Shown piece by piece: positions 1 through 8,300 of a DNA stretch of 64,000 bases. Every line of letters starts with the position of its first letter. Position 1 is the stretch's first letter. The stretch is taken from assembly GCA_965224485.1 (NCBI GenBank), contig CBDCZH010000005.1:1-64000 (forward strand), read 5' to 3'. A program made the translations under genes and the position numbers. Below the pieces are notes generated by a model that was not told the origin of the DNA, did no database searches, and saw nothing but the letters and a program-made list of their open reading frames with translations. The DNA comes from Arcobacteraceae bacterium (GTDB lineage: Bacteria > Campylobacterota > Campylobacteria > Campylobacterales > Arcobacteraceae).

Positions 1-114
1 AATAAGACATCAAGAATATATACAGTAATAAATAAGAAGGACATCCGTAATGACAAATATCAAATTAAAAACATTTTCAGAATTTGTTCTGATAACTAAA
101 CAGAAATTAAATTA

Positions 115-3100
115 ATGCTTTTTCAAAATACATATAAAATGAATAAAATTGCAGCTGATTTTGAACAAAAACTGTCATTATATGAAGATTCTTATAATAA
201 AAAACAAGAGTATAGTTTTAAGGATGAATGTCTTAAAGAGCTTGTCTTTATAATAATTGGGATTTCTAATTCAGATTTAACTTGCGAAATAAAAGCTTTT
301 AATAAAAAGTATAAAGTAGAATTAGAATTAAATAATAATTCCTTACAATATCCGTGGGACGATATTAGTGATTTAAGTAGTGAATTATATTCTACTTTAT
401 TTACTCAATCTAAAGATAAAGTATTTGTTAAGTTCTTAGATATTATAAAAAATAAATTGCCAGGAAATTGCTATTATGATTGGTTTAGTCTTTCTTTTGA
501 AGATGATGAGATTAAAAATCACTTTTTAGATAAGGCAACAGAGTACATTATAAAAAATCAAATTTCTCCAAATCAATGGATAGAAAATTTTAAAAATATA
601 GACTATAAAAAATATAGTTGGTTAAATGATTTTAAGATTTCAGATATACCAAAAAGCTTTAAAAATCTTAATGAAATATTTTATTGGTTTAAGAAAAATG
701 GAAACCAAGAATATCTTCATTTTATTGGTTCTAGTTTAATTGATAGTTTACTATTAAATGTTATTAGAATAGAAGAAAGCAATCAATATTTTATTTTTAA
801 TGAAAATAAGAATTATGTGAGAATAAACAAAATATTAAAAGAGTGTCGTAATGATTACACTATAGTTGGTAACATTCTTACATCAAAAAATTTAAAATTA
901 GATACATACTTTTTAACAAAAAAAGAGTTCGCAATTTATGGATTTTTAAATCTTTATGATTTAGATTCTGCACCATCTTACGATATTACAGATGATAATG
1001 AAGATTATGTTAATCAGTGGAATGAGATGTTATCAAGTCAGCTAGTAAATGTTTTTTTTGAACATTTTAAATATGCTCAGAATAAAGATGATTTTAGCGA
1101 GCCTCTTTATAATTTATTGAACTATTTGGCAAGTGAACACCTTGGACGTCACAGTAATCAACATAAATACAAAGAAATTAGTACACTAAAAAAAGTGTTA
1201 ACAAAAATATCTACTACGGAAATATTAACATCAGAGCATGAAAAAAAATATCTATTTGATTTGATAGCAAATGATGTTGTAACTAAACAGTTAGATAACA
1301 TTACATTGCAAAACGAATGTAATGGAATAGATTATTTTTTATTATCTTGGTATTTAGAACAAATTGATATAAAACAAAGAGTGACTGATAATAATTATAG
1401 TAATTTAATATGTAATATAACAGTTGCTATTTCGCATAATATAAAAAAAAACATAGATATAGCGACAAATAAAGATAAGTTTTATTTAGATAACGTGATA
1501 TTAGAAAAAGTAAATTTTGGACTATTTTTTACTCACTCAAAAGTAAAAGATGAGTGGCTTAACCTTTTAGATATTTTAAAAATAAAAGAACAATTAAATA
1601 GTACTGATATTTATATGCCACTATATATATCCGAATTTTATGTAAAAATTTTATTGAAAATATACAAAGATACAGAAGATTCAATAGTTGCTAAGTATCT
1701 AAATAAACTAGCTATCAAAATAGGTATAGAAGAAAAACATGGAATATTCTCTAATTTACAAAACAATGGACTTTTAAATGAATTTATAGAGGTTCTAAAT
1801 AGTTTTAACGATACCTTATTTAGGGATTTTACATATGCTCTTTATAAAAAGAAAAATATTAAACATTTACTACAATTATATACTTACACTTTTATTGAAA
1901 CAAGAAGAGTCAAAATTAAAAAAGAACTTGATAAGATAACAGAAGATTTAAATGATGAAAGTTTTCTTTACATAAAAGACTTAGAGGATACAATGATGTA
2001 TGCTTCTACCCATCTAGAATTTAAAAAATTAAATAATGACTTACTTAAAATATACATCAATAACACTACAAAAAGAGGTCATCCTTCTAGAAAAAAAGAG
2101 TATGCAGAAACTATATGCAAAAGAGAGTTACTTGATATATATTATGATGAGACATTAAGTAGAGATAAAAAACATATTGAGTTAAATAATTATACAAAAA
2201 AAATAAAAGAAATTAACGATAAGAATTATGGAACAGAATCAATACAGGTAAAGTGTGAAAATTATCAATCTTTTATTCACGCTATTGTTTGGTTTGAGGA
2301 AGATGCTTTTAAAACATATCAAATATTAAGAAAACTATGTGATAAAGAAGTAAATAGTTTATATCTTATCAATATGACATCTGCTTATTTTAGAACTTAT
2401 AAGGATGATGAAAATAAAATAGAAAAATATAAGTTTGCATTAAAAGAGTATGAAAATTATTATAAAAAATTAAATAACCCAATTAAAAGTTTATTTGATT
2501 ATCAAATTTTAATATATGGTTATACTCAAACAAAAAATACAATTAAATTGCTCGAACTGGATAATGAAATACCAAAAAATTATGTACCCCATATAAAAGA
2601 AGAATTACCAAAAGAGATAAGTTTTTTCAATTCAACAATTATAATTAAAAATAAAATTGTTATTTGTGTAGAGGGTACTTATGATATTAAATTTCTAATG
2701 AATATTAATCAATATGTTGAAGAATTTAAACAAATAATAGATATAAAAAAAGAAAGTATTAGTATTATCCCATTAAGAGGAAATAATTTAACACAATGGA
2801 TAGAACAACATCACTTAGAAGGTTCAAATATAATAGAAATACATATTTTTGATAGTGATTTGAATTCTGGTAGAAATACTTTTAAATATGAAAAAGACTG
2901 TAAAAAAGTTAATGATAGAGATGATAAGTCTGTAGGTTTTTTAACAAACAAAAGAGAGATGGAAAACTACATACATAAGTCATTAATAGAAAATGAGTTT
3001 GACATTGATATGTCTTTTATCGATAAATGGGATATTGAAGATATTCCAACTTATATAAAAAATAAATCTAAGGTTCAAGATGAAAATAAAATAAAAGGTA

Positions 3101-3213
3101 TTTTAAATGGTAAGTTATCAAAAAGAATCACTCGCGAGTTATTAGAAGACATTGATGGTTTCGATGAGATTAAAAATTGGTTTGAAAAGATAAAAGAATT
3201 ATCTAATTTATAA
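115..3213 (+). CDS. Large protein: ~840-aa unrecognised N-terminal region plus C-terminal OLD-family TOPRIM nuclease domain; putative defence protein
   Basis: C-terminal motifs ICVEGTYDIKFL, IIPLRG, IFDSD and REMENYI match OLD/GajA-type TOPRIM domains. No Walker A motif seen. Followed by an attC-type site. Confidence 0.6.
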   Translation: MLFQNTYKMNKIAADFEQKLSLYEDSYNKKQEYSFKDECLKELVFIIIGISNSDLTCEIKAFNKKYKVELELNNNSLQYPWDDISDLSSELYSTLFTQSKDKVFVKFLDIIKNKLPGNCYYDWFSLSFEDDEIKNHFLDKATEYIIKNQISPNQWIENFKNIDYKKYSWLNDFKISDIPKSFKNLNEIFYWFKKNGNQEYLHFIGSSLIDSLLLNVIRIEESNQYFIFNENKNYVRINKILKECRNDYTIVGNILTSKNLKLDTYFLTKKEFAIYGFLNLYDLDSAPSYDITDDNEDYVNQWNEMLSSQLVNVFFEHFKYAQNKDDFSEPLYNLLNYLASEHLGRHSNQHKYKEISTLKKVLTKISTTEILTSEHEKKYLFDLIANDVVTKQLDNITLQNECNGIDYFLLSWYLEQIDIKQRVTDNNYSNLICNITVAISHNIKKNIDIATNKDKFYLDNVILEKVNFGLFFTHSKVKDEWLNLLDILKIKEQLNSTDIYMPLYISEFYVKILLKIYKDTEDSIVAKYLNKLAIKIGIEEKHGIFSNLQNNGLLNEFIEVLNSFNDTLFRDFTYALYKKKNIKHLLQLYTYTFIETRRVKIKKELDKITEDLNDESFLYIKDLEDTMMYASTHLEFKKLNNDLLKIYINNTTKRGHPSRKKEYAETICKRELLDIYYDETLSRDKKHIELNNYTKKIKEINDKNYGTESIQVKCENYQSFIHAIVWFEEDAFKTYQILRKLCDKEVNSLYLINMTSAYFRTYKDDENKIEKYKFALKEYENYYKKLNNPIKSLFDYQILIYGYTQTKNTIKLLELDNEIPKNYVPHIKEELPKEISFFNSTIIIKNKIVICVEGTYDIKFLMNINQYVEEFKQIIDIKKESISIIPLRGNNLTQWIEQHHLEGSNIIEIHIFDSDLNSGRNTFKYEKDCKKVNDRDDKSVGFLTNKREMENYIHKSLIENEFDIDMSFIDKWDIEDIPTYIKNKSKVQDENKIKGILNGKLSKRITRELLEDIDGFDEIKNWFEKIKELSNL

Positions 3214-3269
3214 AAAATAGATATATATAATTGTAAATCTTTTTTTAATTATTGAATTTAATGAAAATT

Positions 3270-3323
3270 ACACAACAAGACCTTGCAGCGAACGCATAGC
3301 GTCGCTGAAGTCAAACGTTATAT
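3270..3323 (+). other. Integron attC recombination site
   Basis: ACACAAC (R'') - AAGAC - CTTGCAGC (L'', extra base at position 4) - GAACGCATAGCGTC (hairpin with unpaired A) - GCTGAAG (L') - TCAAAC - GTTATAT (R'). This is canonical attC spacing and pairing, and an RBS plus ORF follows directly. Confidence 0.8.
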
Positions 3324-3336
3324 ATAAAGGGAATAT

Positions 3337-4074
3337 TTGAGTAAAGTTAAGATTAAATTAATTTCGATTGGACATCTGCCCTTCGAATACAATAGTAAAA
3401 AAATATTAAACTTTTCATCTTCTTTATTTGAAGTAGAAGAAAATATAGATAACCTAGCCTTACGTTGTAACTCAGATAGTTATGACTGGGCATTTTCAGA
3501 TGATTTAGTTAAGAAACAAATGCCTGAGTTAAATGGTGCAGACTACATGATTGCAATTGTAAATGTGCCTTTGGAAGACAACTGGTATTCTCGACGACTT
3601 GGGAATAACCAAATCGTATTCACATTTCATGAAATTAAGGAAATTTTGCAAAATGCTAATATTCCACTAGAAAATGTTATTTATCGATTGCTAAATGCGT
3701 ATACATTTGCATACAAACGTTCAGGTAATAAAATCCCTGACTTTAGCGAAATGAGTAGCTTTACTCATGATGAAACAAGGGGGTGTTTGTTTGATATGAA
3801 TGGAATAAAAACAGATTTAATAGCTTCCTGTCACAAACCAATCATATGTGGTGAATGTAAAGAGAGATTGCTTCGTGATAGAGTGTCAGAGAATGAGATT
3901 AAATCAGCTGAAAAAGATATAAAAAATATTAAAAAAGATCTTTACCATAGTATTTTATCAAATGTAAAAAGACATCCAATTTTTGCATTAGTTATTTCAA
4001 GTATTTTTGCAGTTACTTTAGGCATAGCTGGTTCGATAATTGGTTCCTATGCTTTCGAATATTTACAAAAATAG
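3337..4074 (+). CDS. Hypothetical cassette protein with a Cys/His motif and a C-terminal transmembrane helix
   Basis: TTG start 13 bp after attC, RBS AAAGGGA. Motif HDETRGCLFD...CHKPIICGEC. Hydrophobic tail IFALVISSIFAVTLGIAGSIIGSYAF. Confidence 0.7.
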   Translation: MSKVKIKLISIGHLPFEYNSKKILNFSSSLFEVEENIDNLALRCNSDSYDWAFSDDLVKKQMPELNGADYMIAIVNVPLEDNWYSRRLGNNQIVFTFHEIKEILQNANIPLENVIYRLLNAYTFAYKRSGNKIPDFSEMSSFTHDETRGCLFDMNGIKTDLIASCHKPIICGECKERLLRDRVSENEIKSAEKDIKNIKKDLYHSILSNVKRHPIFALVISSIFAVTLGIAGSIIGSYAFEYLQK

Positions 4075-4343
4075 TAGTAACTTAATACATACTTGATAAT
4101 AAAGGCGACAATTAGTATTATTTATTGAATCAAATTTAACGTAAAAAATAACTATCTAATTATTAACAATATATTTGGTACTATAAACAATCTAAATAAG
4201 CAGAAAGTTGAACCGTGGATTTAAATACATTTAAACAAGAGCTAATAAAAAAAGGGCTAAAAAGATTTGCCTACATAAAAGTAGAATTGGGTACTCCTTA
4301 TCATTTATTAAATAACGAAGAAGATACAGAATGTAGAAAACTA

Positions 4344-5455
4344 CGCCAATTCAACTCTAAAGTGCAACAAATATAGGCAAAATTATGCCACCATCTTTCT
4401 TGAAACTTCCTTCAAAAATATCTCATTCGGAGTATAATATTTTAGTATCTTTCTTGGTCTATTATTTAACCTGTTTTGTATTATAAGTATTTGAGTATTA
4501 TTTACATTCTCAAAGCTTGATTTTTTAGGAATATATTCTCTCACCAATCCATTTGTATGTTCATTTAATCCTCTTTGCCAAGATGAATAAGGATCACAAA
4601 AATAAAACTTTATATTTAATTCTTTTGCTATTTCTTCATGATAAGAAAACTCTTTGCCATTATCTGATGTAATGGTATGAACTAAATTCCTTATTGGATA
4701 TAACAACTCTATAATAGCTTGCGTAACTGCACCAGCTTGTTTTGATTCAACTATCCTCATTAGTGTAAACTTACTCTTTCTATCTACTAATGTAACAATT
4801 GCACCTTTATGGTCTTTCCCAATAATAGTATCTACTTCAAAGTCTCCAAATCTAGTTTTAGTCTCAATTATTTTAGCTCGTTGACTTATATTAACTCTAT
4901 TCTTTATTTGACCTCTTGTTTTATATTGACTACTTCTATTTCCATACTTTTTGTTCTTATGTCTTAAATATTTATATAATCTTCCACCACTTATTTGATT
5001 TGCATAAATATACCTATATACTGTTTCATAAGATATATTAGCTATTTTATGTAGTTTTAGTCTTCCTGTTAATTGCTCAGGAGATAATCCTTCTTTTAAT
5101 AACTTGCCAATCTTTAGTTTTAACTTCTTTGTTATCTTGTGATACCTATCTTTAAACTTGTCTCTAGAGACAGCACTTATATGAGCATCCTCAGGACTGT
5201 AGTAATCATTGTTACTATTTCTTTTAAGCTCTCTTGATATGGTTGATTTATTAACACCTAGTAACTCTGCAATTTTAGATTGTGTATAATTTTCGTTTTT
5301 ATAAGCAAATATTTGATACCTTAAACCTAAGGTTAATTGTTTATACTTTTCCATTTAATGCTCCATTTATCCTGCAAGATATTGAGCTTAAATTGTATAT
5401 CAATCAGCCTTACATCTTACATTACTCTATGTTGCACTTTAAGTGTGAAAAGAGG
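4344..5455 (-). mobile_element. IS30-family insertion sequence, intact (1112 bp), with 3-bp CTA target duplication
   Basis: 26-bp imperfect IRs at 4344-4369 and 5430-5455 sharing TAAAGTGCAACA. CTA at 4341-4343 and 5456-5458. Confidence 0.93.
4383..5354 (-). CDS. IS30-family DDE transposase
   Basis: HTH STISRELKRN; motifs GDFEVDT, TSDNGKEF, WQRGLNEHTNGLVR, LNNRPRK. Confidence 0.96.
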   Translation of the reverse strand: MEKYKQLTLGLRYQIFAYKNENYTQSKIAELLGVNKSTISRELKRNSNNDYYSPEDAHISAVSRDKFKDRYHKITKKLKLKIGKLLKEGLSPEQLTGRLKLHKIANISYETVYRYIYANQISGGRLYKYLRHKNKKYGNRSSQYKTRGQIKNRVNISQRAKIIETKTRFGDFEVDTIIGKDHKGAIVTLVDRKSKFTLMRIVESKQAGAVTQAIIELLYPIRNLVHTITSDNGKEFSYHEEIAKELNIKFYFCDPYSSWQRGLNEHTNGLVREYIPKKSSFENVNNTQILIIQNRLNNRPRKILKYYTPNEIFLKEVSRKMVA

Positions 5456-5936
5456 CTATTAGATGACAAAAAAATACCAAAATATAATAATAACTTTACT
5501 TGTCAAGATTTAAATTCATTAAAAGGCATTAATTATGGTAAATTTGAATTGAGCTTTTTACATCCAGCGATATTATTAACAAATATTCCCAGAGGTAAAC
5601 TTCCCCCTAATAATATTATGGTTGTACCAATGGTATCTTCAACACATAATAGTAAAAAGCATAAATCATCATTTCATGACTTTGAGATTGCAAAAGAGTA
5701 CAATAATTCTTTAGCAAATCCATTTTTAGATAATGATTCAATATTAAGAGTAGGAGAAGTTAGAACAATTGGTATTGAAAGAATCAATCTAAAAGAAACT
5801 CTAAGAGAAGGTAATAATTTCAAGTTATTATGGCACAAAGATAGAAATATTTTAATTGAAAAGCTTATAAAAGTAATTAAGGCTGAATAATTATATATTA
5901 AGGCACTTTTAATAATACATATATTATAATTAATTT

Positions 5937-6031
5937 ATAAATTTAGCACATATGTTGTCTAGCATGTGATGTAACGGATGCTTTGGGTAGACGGTATAAA
6001 AAAAAGGGATGATTATATCATCCCTTTTTTT
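5937..6031 (+). ncRNA. Candidate small structured RNA downstream of the PemK-like toxin
   Basis: TATAAT at 5925-5930. Locally GC-richer 11-bp stem 5951-5961/5988-5998 (three G-U pairs) enclosing GCAT/ATGC. Ends in an intrinsic terminator. Confidence 0.4.
5998..6031. terminator. Bidirectional intrinsic terminator
   Basis: A-tract, GGGATGAT-TAT-ATCATCCC, T-tract. Confidence 0.85.
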
Positions 6032-6100
6032 ATGATTATATTTTACTTACATAAGTAAAAACTTGATACCTTAATCCTAAGGTTAATCTACAAAATAAAA

Positions 6101-7282
6101 CGCCCATTCAACTTAGAAGTGCAACGCCCATTCAACTTAGAAGTGCAACACTACTCTTAAATTATGCTGATAATTTCCTTTGTAAATTATTAAAAAATAT
6201 CTCATTTGGAGTTTTATACTCAAGAATTTTTCTAGGTCTATTATTCAAACGATTTTGAATATGTATTATTTCAGTTTTTGATATTTTATCAAACTCACTT
6301 TTCTTAGGGGTATATTCTCTTATTAACCCATTTGTACCCCAAGGGCATTTCTTTCAGGGCATATGTTCATTTAATCCTCTTTGCCAAGAAGAATAAGGAT
6401 CACAGAAATAGAACTTTATATTTAACTCTTTTGCTACTTCCTCATGATATGAAAACTCTTTACCATTATCTGAAGTTATTGTATGAACTAGGCTTTTAAT
6501 TGGTTTTAACATGTCTATAATAGCTTGTGTTACACCCGAAGCATGTTTAGATTCTACTTTTTTAATAAGAGTGAATTTACTATTTCTATCAACTAAAGTT
6601 ACAAGTGCACCTTTGTGATTTTTACCAATAACAGTATCAACTTCAAAGTCACCAAATCTACTTTTTCTATCAACAAGAACTGAACGTTTATTGATATTAA
6701 CTCTATTTTTAATTTGTCCTCGTGTTCTATAAAGTTCAGACCTATTTTTATATTTTTTGTTTTGATGCCTTAGCCATTTAAAGAGTTTACCTCCATGCCT
6801 TTGATTCTTATAGATGTACCTGTATATAGTTTCATGGGAAATAATAACTATTTTATCTTTTTTAAGTCTTCCTGCTATTTGCTCTGGTGACCAATTATCT
6901 CTTAATCTTTTACCAATGAGTAATTTTATTTTATTGTTTAATTTTTTATTAGTTCTCTTATTTATATCTCTTGATGCTGATTGAATCTCAGCATACTCAG
7001 GGTTGTAATAACCGTTACTACTATTTCTTTTTAGTTCTCTTGAAATTGTAGACTTGTTAAAGTTTAATACTCTAGCTATTTTGCTTATTGAATAATTTTC
7101 TTGTTTGTAAGCAAAGATTTGATACCTTAAACCTAAGGTTAATTGTTTATACTTTTCACCCTCAAGGGGTACCCCGTCATTAAATGCTCCATTTATCGGT
7201 CAGGATAATAAGCTTTAATTGTATATCAACTAACCTTACTATCTTGACTTCTTAAACGTTGCACTTCTAATGTGAATCTACA
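6101..7282 (-). mobile_element. Second, diverged IS30-family element with inactivated transposase and a tandemly duplicated terminal IR
   Basis: IR at 7257-7282 (reverse complement TGTAGATTCACATTAGAAGTGCAACG, a classical IS30 end). Opposite IR unit CGCCCATTCAACTTAGAAGTGCAA occurs twice (6101-6124, 6125-6148). Collinear with 4344-5455. Confidence 0.9.
6162..7180 (-). pseudogene. IS30 transposase pseudogene
   Basis: Homologous to 4383-5354. A 20-bp insert right after the ATG shifts the frame, and a 27-bp insert at 6337-6363 adds an in-frame TGA inside the NEHTNG motif. Confidence 0.88.
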
Positions 7283-7284
7283 TT

Positions 7285-7530
7285 GTGCAAACATTAACAG
7301 TAAATATTCAAGACAATTATATTAAAAGTTTTATGAGTTATGTTAATAACCATAGCGAGAATATAACTATCTCTAAAGATGAAAATTTAAAAATTGATCC
7401 ATTTTTTTATGAAAGAAAAAAAGAATTACATAAAATAAAAAAAGATGTAGATTCAGGTAATATTAAAATGATTGAGAATGATGATTTTTGGAATGAGGTT
7501 GATAGTTACGTTGAAACTCTACAAAAATAA
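7285..7530 (+). CDS. Putative type II antitoxin
   Basis: 81-aa ORF directly upstream of and overlapping a RelE/ParE-like frame; acidic C-terminus. Confidence 0.6.
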   Translation: MQTLTVNIQDNYIKSFMSYVNNHSENITISKDENLKIDPFFYERKKELHKIKKDVDSGNIKMIENDDFWNEVDSYVETLQK

Positions 7531-7810
7531 GAATTGTAAATAACCCTACTTTTTTAAAGATCTAAAAAATATTCTTAAGTATATATCAAATGATAAACCC
7601 TCTGCTAGTGTTAAATTTAAAATTGAACTAAAAAGAAATATTACGCAAATTCCAACTAATCCATATATGTATCCACCATCTAATTATTTTAATGATAAAG
7701 ATGTACGAGATATGACATATAAAAAATATACTATTATTTATCAAGTAAGTTTAGAAAGAAATACTATTGAAACTCTAAAGATATTCAATAGAAATAAACC
7801 ATCAACATAA
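7527..7810 (+). pseudogene. RelE/ParE-family toxin, frameshifted and lacking ATG
   Basis: Not in the ORF track. IRIVNNPTF / KDLKNILKYISNDKPSASVKF...PYMY...VRDMTYKKYTIIYQV...IFNRNKPST*. One-base loss in the T/A run 7550-7558; start codon reads ATA. Confidence 0.75.
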
Positions 7811-7902
7811 CCATTGAAACTCTTTGGGATTCAGTATATCACTAGATACGAGGCACTAATTAGTAACTTTTTTTAGTTAAAACTTAAGTCTTTAGTTTAA
7901 AA

Positions 7903-7956
7903 CTATAATAAGATCGCTTATCTAACGCAAAGAGTTGCTGAAGTCAAACGTTATGT
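7903..7956 (+). other. Degenerate attC site, homologous to 3270-3323
   Basis: Same length and gap-free alignment (38/51 identical by hand count). Identical GCTGAAGTCAAACGTTAT; left arm decayed. Confidence 0.65.
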
Positions 7957-8015
7957 GCATAGAGTATCAAAAGTGAAGAAGGTATTCATTTTCTTTAATA
8001 TGTGTTTTTTTATTT

Positions 8016-8285
8016 TTATTCTAATCGTTGGGAATTAGTTCCAATTCTTACTAGTTTTTGTGTATCATCTTGAATAATATAAATGATTAAAAAATCTCCA
8101 CTTATGTGAAATTCTCTAAAGCTTTTTAAATCTTCTTTTAATGGATGGTCAAGTGCTTCATCTGCTAAAGTTTCTTCTCTTAAAAGTGAACTTAAGTATT
8201 GCAAATATTTTGAATAATGTTGATCTGAAATCCCCTTATATAAGCCTAATAGTTTATTTATGATGTATACTGTAAAAAATATCAA
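8016..8285 (-). pseudogene. YafQ/RelE-StbE family mRNA interferase, probably a degenerate remnant
   Basis: DHPLKEDLKSFREFHISGDFLIIY...LVRIGTNSQ, with the usual GTHS His replaced by N. No antitoxin upstream; 5' end abuts selU. Confidence 0.6.
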
Positions 8286-8300
8286 AACTAGGTCTATTAT

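Larger units (their letters stand above)
4215..5890 (+). pseudogene. PemK/MazF-like endoribonuclease toxin (186 aa reconstructed) interrupted by IS30
   Basis: GTG 4215-4343 (MDLNTFKQ...VELG...ECRKL) joins in frame to 5459-5890 once the IS and one CTA are removed. PemK-like motifs VELG, FELSFLHPAILL, IMVVPMVSS, VRTIGIERI. Confidence 0.75.

Noticed and set aside
4075..4214. Upstream ToxI-like repeat array or an attC after the 245-aa ORF
   Set aside because: No tandem repeats, terminator or attC geometry visible.
5282..5455. N-terminal 58 aa of ORF 5282-5890
   Set aside because: Lies inside the IS30 end; the real N-terminus is at 4215-4343.
6101..6150. 24-bp direct repeat as a possible CRISPR
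   Set aside because: No spacer between the copies, the sequence is the IS30 IR, and no cas genes are present.
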